Below, one piece after another: positions 10,109 to 17,164 of a stretch of DNA of 43,900 nucleotides. The notes under the pieces were generated by a model. The model saw nothing but the letters and a program-made list of their open reading frames with translations, was not told the origin of the DNA and ran no database searches. A program made the translations under genes and the position numbers. Positions within the stretch are counted from its first letter, which is position 1; each line of letters starts with the position of its first letter. Source of the stretch: Chitinophagales bacterium (GTDB lineage: Bacteria > Bacteroidota > Bacteroidia > Chitinophagales > Chitinophagaceae); contig JAAFHG010000001.1 in the NCBI GenBank assembly GCA_013297585.1, forward strand, positions 1-43,900, read 5' to 3'.

Positions 10109-10981
10109 TTATTCTTCTTCGTAATAGTAGGAGTAATCTATGCCTTTCATGTACATTTCACGGTCGTTTATTTTGTTGGTAAGTGCATTCTGCAAAAATG
10201 ATTTCAGTACATTACTTTTTGTTGGGCTAAGCACCATAGCATTCATATAATTACGTTTGCTTATTTTGCTCCAATCAACACATTTTTTTAGGCGTTTTTT
10301 CAGTATTAAGTCCAGCCAAATTCGGGTACTTCTGCCGTTGCCTTCCATAAATGGGTGGGCAATATTCATCTCTACATATTTATTTACAATTTCTTCAAAG
10401 GTATTTTCTGGCATGTCTTCTATTTGCTTTAAAGTGCCGCCTAAAAAATGGGATACTGCAAATTGAAAACCTCCTTTTGAAATATTTTTCTGCCGTATTT
10501 GACCTGCAAAACTGTATAAGCCACCAAATAAATAAGCATGTATTTGTTGCAAACCTCTCGCTGTGCCTACTTCAAATTCATTAATCAGATTACTTTCAAA
10601 AAGGGTGTATGCTTTTTTCTTACTCTGCCCGTCAATACTTGTATCGCTGTAAAGAAACCAATCCAAAAATTTCATTGCTTTAGTATTGGGAAAGCGCTTT
10701 GCCAATTCAATAACACCTGCACTGTTTAGCGTATCGGACAAACGCTTTTTTCCATCTGCGGCTACAAATTTGAAACCGTGAGTGGCACTCACAAGTTGAT
10801 TGTTCTCTGATTTTAGTTTTCGTTTTAGCCAACGCCAATAATTGTTCGCTTTTGTATAATCGTTTTGCTCGTTTAGTATAGCAACTATATCTATAACATT
10901 AAACCACCATTGGGCATTTTCATCGTCCCATATGGCACGCACTTCTCTATCATCAAAAAAACGTATAGAAACCTTGTTCAT
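10109..10981 (-). CDS. fic: BRO-N-like domain fused to an NmFic-like (class III) Fic adenylyltransferase
   Basis: N-terminal EVRAIWD....WWF.V.D.V..L....NYWRWLK; Fic motif [12 protein letters not shown]; C-terminal SYYYE. Confidence 0.85.
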   Translation of the reverse strand: MNKVSIRFFDDREVRAIWDDENAQWWFNVIDIVAILNEQNDYTKANNYWRWLKRKLKSENNQLVSATHGFKFVAADGKKRLSDTLNSAGVIELAKRFPNTKAMKFLDWFLYSDTSIDGQSKKKAYTLFESNLINEFEVGTARGLQQIHAYLFGGLYSFAGQIRQKNISKGGFQFAVSHFLGGTLKQIEDMPENTFEEIVNKYVEMNIAHPFMEGNGRSTRIWLDLILKKRLKKCVDWSKISKRNYMNAMVLSPTKSNVLKSFLQNALTNKINDREMYMKGIDYSYYYEEE

Positions 10982-10996
10982 AGTTGATGGTTAATT

Positions 10997-11080
10997 GTCT
11001 GAACGATGATTTGTTTGATTAGTATGATTTCATTGATTAATCATAACAATCACATACATCACAAAAATCATAGTTAAGAC
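10997..11080. repeat. GTCTGAA...TTCAGAC palindromic element R1
   Basis: gtctgaacgatgatttgtttgattagtatgatt ... aatcacatacatcacaaaaatcatagttaagac; overlaps the GxxExxY stop codon. Confidence 0.88.
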
Positions 11081-11519
11081 TTGAATTTTTTATTATTCAG
11101 CCGTTTAAAATTTAAACTTGTTTCACCAAAATTTACTAGTAAACCAATTTCCAAATTGTAGGCCTCTAAATAATTAATGGCTTGAGCAAAATGCACATCT
11201 TCTAATTTTGTGATGGCTTTTAACTCAACAGAAACAACACCTTCTACTAAAAAATCTACCCTGCGTGTGCCTATTTGTTGTTCACGATAAAAAATGGGCA
11301 TTTCAAACTCTCTGCTAAATGCTATACCTGCTAGTTGCATTTCAATTTCTAATGCACGTTGATAAATGACTTCTTGAATTGCGAAGCAATCACGAATATC
11401 TTTAAAAAACCAATAATTACTAAATGAGTAAAGCTATTGCCCAAGGTTTTATGCACTGCCATAGCACAACCAATAATTTTAGAAGTTAATGCAGAATATT
11501 TATATTGTTCGTTTATCAT
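11074..11519 (-). pseudogene. GxxExxY-family (PD-(D/E)XK-like) protein, disrupted by a 53-bp insertion
   Basis: From ATG at 11519: MINEQYKYSALTSKIIGCAMAVHKTLGNSF[53 bp, 11377-11429]QEVIYQRALEIEMQLAG...RRVDFLVE...VELKA...AQAINYL...GLLVNFG. Removing the insert gives a 130-aa ORF. Confidence 0.88.
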
Positions 11520-11521
11520 TT

Positions 11522-11740
11522 GTCTGAACTGTGATTTGTTGTTGTCTGAACTGTGATTTATTTGATTTTTGTGATTGCCTTGGATATAATCAGACGAATC
11601 ATAACCATCATAAAAATCATAGTTCAGACTATTTTGTTTGATTTTTTGTGATTGCTGTCTGAACTATGATTCGTTTGATTTTTGTGATTGCCATGAATAA
11701 TCATAAAAATCAAGCAAATCACAAAAATCATAGTTCAGAC
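11522..11740. repeat. Cluster of GTCTGAA...TTCAGAC elements (partial at 11522, R2 11544-11629, partial, R3 11657-11740)
   Basis: Terminal gtctgaac / gttcagac inverted repeats; GATT every 9 bp in left arms and AATC in right arms. R3 supplies GTC-TGA to hsdS. Confidence 0.9.
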
Positions 11741-12532
11741 AAATGTCAACAACTTATCCCTATAATGTTCATACTGTTGTTTACGTAGCGCTATCTCTTT
11801 TGGCAACCCTTCACTTATGGAAGTAGTAAGCGTATCAAATTTATCTAAGATAGAAACGATGCGTGCTTGTTCTTTGAGAGAAGGAACTGGGATTTTGAAG
11901 TTTTTTATCATACTTGAATTTAAATCGCCTCTTGCACCTTGCCCCATATTTTTTATATTTTCAAAGTTGAAACCAACCCAATGAAAAACATATCTATAAT
12001 TTACTTTTTCTTGATTTACTTCCAAACACAAACAATGCTGATTAGTAGTTAGAGGAATTTTATTTATTGCTGAACGTCCAGCTGTAGCACCTGACATTGC
12101 AATTATTACACAATTTGAAGGAATCCATTTTACCGATGTTTGTTTTAAAGCAAAATCAGTGATAAACATTTCTGTATAGTTTATATCAGTGAATTTAACT
12201 TCTTGTGTACGAAGCCAAGGAATAGTTCCATTTTCATAAAATTTAGGATTACCTGCTAACGGAGTGCTTCCAGAATAAGATTTTATTATTATTTCCCAAA
12301 AAGTCTTCCACTCAACTTCTCCTTCTTCAAAACTTAACAATTGCTCACGATAGTAAGTATACTGTTTTTTACGTGCTGTAAGTTCTGCTGTAAGTTCTGT
12401 AAAAGTGTCTAATATACGAACAATTTCTTTTTGTACGGCCAAGAGTGGTATGGGGATTTGGAAAGTTCTTAATGCTTTTAGTCCTAAATTTTTAATTGTT
12501 GAGCCTGTTTTTTGTGACTCAAAATAGCTCAT
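11735..12532 (-). pseudogene. hsdS: Type I specificity subunit S, C-terminal part (TRD1 tail, central repeat, TRD2)
   Basis: IPIP.L..Q.EIVRILD.FTELTAELTARKKQY.YYR.QLLSF..GEVEWK and IPVPSL.EQARIVSILDKFD...EGLPKEI type IC conserved regions; most of TRD1 is missing. Confidence 0.88.
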
Positions 12533-12552
12533 TTTATTTCATTGTTTATATT

Positions 12553-12787
12553 GTCTGCACTATGATTTGTTTGATTTTTGTGATTGTTTTGATTTTGTTT
12601 CATGCTAATCATATAAATCACTGAAATCATGGTTCAGACATTTTATATTGTCTGAATCAGGATTTGCTTGATTGTAGGATTTGTAAGATTAGTTACTTTA
12701 ATCCTGCTCATCTTTTAATCTTGAGCATCCTGATTCAGACATTTTTTCATCCTTTAATCTTTAAATCCTAAAAATCATGGTTCAGAC
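12553..12787. repeat. Cluster of GTCTGAA...TTCAGAC elements (R4 12553-12639, R5 12650-12740, half element to 12787)
   Basis: gtctgcac...gttcagac; gtctgaatcagg...cctgattcagac; ...aatcatggttcagac. Confidence 0.9.
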
Positions 12788-12826
12788 TACTTCCACGCCT
12801 TGTAATAATGTATTTAAATAACTCAT
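12782..12826 (-). pseudogene. hsdS: Orphaned hsdS 5' end (MSYLNTLLQGVEVV*)
   Basis: ATG overlaps the dinD TGA (ATGA). The peptide matches the MSYLEKLL.GVEVEW start of type IC HsdS and is terminated by GTC-TGA of the repeat. Confidence 0.75.
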
Positions 12827-13665
12827 GGTTTACCTTTTAGGTTTTTCTTGGCTATTTCCTTGTCTAAGGTTTTTACCCTGCGTTCTAGTTTTTTAATATC
12901 TTCTTCTACTGGTAAATCTTCGGGCTTAATACCACTTTTGCCTAAAAGGGTTCTTACATCTTGGTTGTTTTTAACGTGTTCAGTAGTAATATTATTTTCA
13001 CCGTTTAGGTTATTTTTCTTTACGTTAAAATTGGTAATTTCTGTGGCTAATTGCTTGGCTGTAATGGTAATGGTGGGTAAAAAGTCTGCTAAAGGTCTGT
13101 TGTCTTTTATGCCCAATTTGCGTTTCATATCGCTGGTATTGTAGCCACCAAACATAGCCCAATCGCCTTTACTTCTTATTCTAGCAAAACCCGAATTGTC
13201 AACCCCTCTTTCATATATGTTTTTTGACAATTCGGTTTCGGTAGCTGCTAATTTTTCACGAGCTTGCAAACGCTCCATTAGCTGTATGCGTTCTTCCAAT
13301 AGCTCTTGTTTTCTGGTTTGTATAGCAAAATAACTTTGTGCAAAAGCAATTTGCTCTTTCTTTGGGTCACCATTTTGTGCTATTAGGTAACAGGCATAAC
13401 GGGTAAGCATAAAATCGTCAACTTCTCGCTTCCCACCTTTGCCTAATTCTATCATTTTGTTGACGTCAACGAAATGATTGGAAACCGCTTCACCAGTGGT
13501 TTCGCAACTTTCTTTTGCTTTGTTAATAGCGTTTAAAAAATTACGCCAATCTGCATAGCCTAAAAGCGCTTGCAACTCTCGTGCTAACCAATATTCTACA
13601 CCATCTTGCTCGTAGGCGTATTCTTCAAATCGTTTATTTAATGTTATAATGGTAGCTTTTTCCAT
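12823..13665 (-). CDS. dinD: DNA damage-inducible protein D family (BRO-like N-terminus)
   Basis: E.W.ARELQ.LLGY..WRNF, LTRYACYLIAQNGDP.K..IAFAQ.YFA.QTR.QE and LADFLPT motifs. Confidence 0.88.
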   Translation of the reverse strand: MEKATIITLNKRFEEYAYEQDGVEYWLARELQALLGYADWRNFLNAINKAKESCETTGEAVSNHFVDVNKMIELGKGGKREVDDFMLTRYACYLIAQNGDPKKEQIAFAQSYFAIQTRKQELLEERIQLMERLQAREKLAATETELSKNIYERGVDNSGFARIRSKGDWAMFGGYNTSDMKRKLGIKDNRPLADFLPTITITAKQLATEITNFNVKKNNLNGENNITTEHVKNNQDVRTLLGKSGIKPEDLPVEEDIKKLERRVKTLDKEIAKKNLKGKP

Positions 13666-13670
13666 TTGTT

Positions 13671-13730
13671 CTATTTTTTATTTTCAATAGCACCGTTTGG
13701 GGTGGTTGTTTCCAAAATGGAAATAACCAT
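13671..13730 (-). pseudogene. 19-codon remnant resembling an internal RhuM-family segment
   Basis: Reads MVISILETTTPNGAIENKK*, similar to the V.SILETTTQHGAIEGK segment I recall in Bacteroidota RhuM proteins. Confidence 0.55.
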
Positions 13731-13756
13731 TTGTTTATTTGTTTATCTTTTATATT

Positions 13757-13852
13757 GCCTGAATCAGGATTTAGTTGATTTTGGGATTTACAGGATTTTT
13801 TTTCATTTAATCATCTTGTTCATCCTTTCATTCTGTCAATCCTGATTCAGAC
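13757..13852. repeat. GTCTGAA...TTCAGAC element R7
   Basis: gcctgaatcaggatttagttgattttgggatttacaggatt ... aatcctgattcagac; supplies GTC-TGA to hsdM. Confidence 0.88.
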
Positions 13853-15397
13853 ATTTTCAATTTCATTTACAATATAATCAATACTTGCACGTAAGGCATT
13901 TATCTTCTCTACGGTTTTTGAAATCTCAGCGTTTAATTGCACAATGTCAATGGTCTCTTTATTATCTTTCGCCACTACGTAACTACTTACAGATAGGTTA
14001 TAATCGTTGGCAGCTATCACATTATTATCTACACATTTTGCTACATGATCCAAATCTTGCTTACTATCAAATATGCCCATTATTTTTTCAATATGATCAT
14101 CTGTAATCACATTGTTATTGGTAGCTTTTTTAAAGAAGGCTTCGCCACTAGCATCTATAAATTGGGTTTTAGTATCGGTTTTCTTTTTAGAAAGTACCAA
14201 TAATGTAACCGCTATAGAAGTGCCATAAAACAAATTAGGCGCAACAGCAATGATGGTTTCTACAAAGTTGTTATCTACCAACTACTTTCTTATTTTCTGC
14301 TCTGCACCACCACGATAGAATATACCAGGAAAACATACCAATGCGGCTCTTCCTTTGCTAGAAAGGTAGCTTAAGCAATGCAGCACAAAAGCAAAATCGG
14401 CTTTAGATTTTGGTGCTAATACACCTGCAGGTGCAAAGCGGTCATCGTTAATTAATGTTGGGTCGCCGTCTCCAATCCAGTTGATAGAATAAGGGGGATT
14501 AGAAACAATGGCATCAAAAGGTTTGTCATCGCCAAACTGTGGGTTAATTAAGGTGTTACCTAGGGCAATATTAAACTTGTCGTAATTAATGTTGTGCAAA
14601 AACATATTCATACGGGCAAGGTTTTAAGTAGTATGGTTTATTTCTTGCCCATAAAAGCCTTCCTCTATAATATGGTCATCAAAGTGTTTTTTGGCTTGTA
14701 ATAATAGCGAACCAGAACCAGCCGCAGGGTCGTAAATCTTGTTTACCTTGTCTTGCTTGTGCATGGCAAGTTGTGCAATAAGTTTAGACACGTGTACAGG
14801 TGTAAAAAACTCACCGCCTGATTTACCTGCATTAGCTGCATAATTGCCAATTAGAAATTCATAGGCATCGCCAAAAAGTTCTATTTCATTTTCCTCAAAA
14901 TTGCCAAAGTCAAGTTCTTCAACCCTTTTCAAAACTTTGGCTAGGGTTTCGTTTTTGCTTTCTACAGTATTACCAAGCCTTGTACTTGTAGTGTCAAAAT
15001 CAGCAAATAAGCCTTTTATATCGGGTTCAGACGGATAACCATTGGCAGAACTTTCAATCGCATCAAAAATGGCTTTTAAGTCTGTGTTAAGATTTGGGTT
15101 GGTGTTGGCTGTTTTAGCAACATTTACAAACAATTGACTTGGGTAAATAAAATACCCCTTCGTTTTAATAGCATCGTCTTTTATTTCAGGGCTTATTACA
15201 TCATCAGCTAAGTTTTTGTAATTAACGCTATCATCGCCACCCTCAATATAAATGGTAAAGTTTTCACTAATAAAGCGATAGAACAATGTTCCTAACACAA
15301 ACTGTTTAAAATCCCAACCATCTACCGAGCCACGAAAATCGTTAGCTATTCTCCAAATTTTATTCTGTAATTCTGCTCTTTGTGCTGTACTTGTCAT
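13847..15397 (-). pseudogene. hsdM: Type I methyltransferase subunit M with two in-frame stops
   Basis: The three track ORFs share one frame (516 codons). [17 protein letters not shown] and SNPPY motifs; stops TAA 14624-14626 and TAG 14282-14284. Confidence 0.93.
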
Positions 15398-15575
15398 TTT
15401 TTATCTTTTTTACAATTCTTGTGGTTTAACTCGCTGAGCGTAATAACAGTTTTCTTATAAGCCATCAGCTACACTATCTCATTTATTTTAAGTAAGCAAT
15501 AACAAACATAGGCAATATAGTAAGATGCATAACATACGCAAAAAGTTGAAAGACAAGGCGGCAGAAAGCATGGGG

Positions 15576-15619
15576 CTTTAAAGGCGCTTGAACTATACTT
15601 AAAGCACAATTGAAGTAAT
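15576..15619. repeat. Four degenerate tandem 11-bp repeats upstream of hsdM
   Basis: ctttaaaggcg cttgaactata cttaaagcaca attgaagtaat; same unit as 5641-5695. Confidence 0.6.
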
Positions 15620-15761
15620 ACAATGACTTTTTTCCCAATTATCAAATGCTAACAATCTCTAAAACCCAACAATAATTGTTTATTGACTATTACTATTGAG
15701 CATTCACTTTGCCTTCACATATAGGCTGTCATAATTTAAGCCTTGGGTGTATTATTAACAG

Positions 15762-15796
15762 AAAAAAGCCGCTACACATGGCTGTGTAACGGCTTT
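15762..15796 (-). terminator. Intrinsic terminator of the amidohydrolase operon
   Basis: aaaaaagccgctacac-atggct-gtgtaacggcttt. Confidence 0.75.
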
Positions 15797-15820
15797 GTAA
15801 AAGGTATTGTAACTGTTGTA

Positions 15821-17143
15821 CTATTTAATACCGTATTTGTACTTGTATCTTTCGTACAGTTGTAGTTGTTTATTATCTAGGCTTACTTGGCGGCCTTGTA
15901 TAAATGCGTAGGCTACATTGCTGCTTTTCATGTCTAGTATATCACCATCGGTTACTATAATGTTGGCATCTTTACCTGCTTCTAGTGAGCCTGTAGTAGC
16001 ATCTACACCTAGTATTTTAGCTGCATTTAGCGTAATGGCAGATAAGGCTTCTTCTTTGGTTAAACCATAAGTAGCGGCCGTACCAGCATTGTAGCTTAGG
16101 TTACGGTAGCGGGTATTATCTGACGCGTCGTTAATTGAAAACAATACGCCAGCCTTTTGCAATACGGCTGGTGTTTTAAATGGTTGGTCTATATCATCAT
16201 CTTCTGTTGCAGGCAGCTCGTGGCGCTCGTTTAATATTACCGGTATATTATTAGCTTTCAACAAATCGGCTATTAAAAAACTTTCGCTACCACCTACTAT
16301 TACTATGTTAAAGCCAAACTCTTTTGCAAAGTCAATAGCTACTAACATTTGTTTTACTTGGTCAGCGTGTACAAATAGTTTTTGCTTTTTCTCAAACAAA
16401 CCTCTTACTGCTTCTAGCTTTAAGTTGGTAGCAGCATGTGTAGGTTCGGCTAAGTAGGCTTTAGCTTGTGTAAAAAACGATTTAATGTCTTCTACTTTAT
16501 CTAAAGCTGCTTTGTTTGGGTCTATAGTTTCGCCAGCAGCGCCACCAAAACCACGAAAACCGCCACCTCTTCTACCACCACGGCTTATAAAGCTTGGCAT
16601 ATTTACATGAATACCGCCATCCATTTTGTAAGCTGCATCTTCCCAATTCCAGGCATCTAATTGTACTACAGTAGATGAACCGCTAATAACACCACCTTGC
16701 GGTGTAACACTAGCCAATAAAATACCATTAGAACGTAGTACATTAATTACACGAGAATCGGTATTATAGGCTGTAATAGAACGTATACTGGTGTTGTAAT
16801 CGCCTAGTTCGGCATAATCGTTACTGGCACGTACACCGTTGGCTATTTCTTTTAAGCCAAGGTCGGTAGATGACAATATTAAACCTGGGTAGACGTGCTT
16901 GCCTTTACCATCTACCACTTTAGCACCACTAGCTGGCGTTACGGTTGTAGCTACTTGTACAATTTTGCCATTGTTTACCTCTACGGTGGCACCTTCTACC
17001 ACCTGACCATTGCCTATATGTACGGTGGCATTGGTAATGTATAGTTTGCCCTTAAAAGCTGGTGCAGGATACACCACTTCTTGCGCTGTTGCAATACCTG
17101 CTAGTAATACAATGGCAGATAATGAACACAATATTTTCTTCAT
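15821..17143 (-). CDS. Exported amidohydrolase family protein (partner subunit)
   Basis: Signal peptide; DGKGKHVYPGLI and AITLNAAKILG...GSLEAGKDA motifs; the HxH motif is degenerate. Confidence 0.88.
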   Translation of the reverse strand: MKKILCSLSAIVLLAGIATAQEVVYPAPAFKGKLYITNATVHIGNGQVVEGATVEVNNGKIVQVATTVTPASGAKVVDGKGKHVYPGLILSSTDLGLKEIANGVRASNDYAELGDYNTSIRSITAYNTDSRVINVLRSNGILLASVTPQGGVISGSSTVVQLDAWNWEDAAYKMDGGIHVNMPSFISRGGRRGGGFRGFGGAAGETIDPNKAALDKVEDIKSFFTQAKAYLAEPTHAATNLKLEAVRGLFEKKQKLFVHADQVKQMLVAIDFAKEFGFNIVIVGGSESFLIADLLKANNIPVILNERHELPATEDDDIDQPFKTPAVLQKAGVLFSINDASDNTRYRNLSYNAGTAATYGLTKEEALSAITLNAAKILGVDATTGSLEAGKDANIIVTDGDILDMKSSNVAYAFIQGRQVSLDNKQLQLYERYKYKYGIK

Positions 17144-17164
17144 AATTAGTTCTTTAGTAGATGA

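Noticed and set aside
10997-13852. CRISPR array or integron attC array
   Set aside because: No identical repeats with unique spacers and no cas genes. The ends do not fit RYYYAAC...GTTRRRY, and no integrase is present in the window.
9522-15397. Invertible hsdS shufflon
   Set aside because: There is no recombinase and no inverted silent hsdS copy; all fragments are on one strand.
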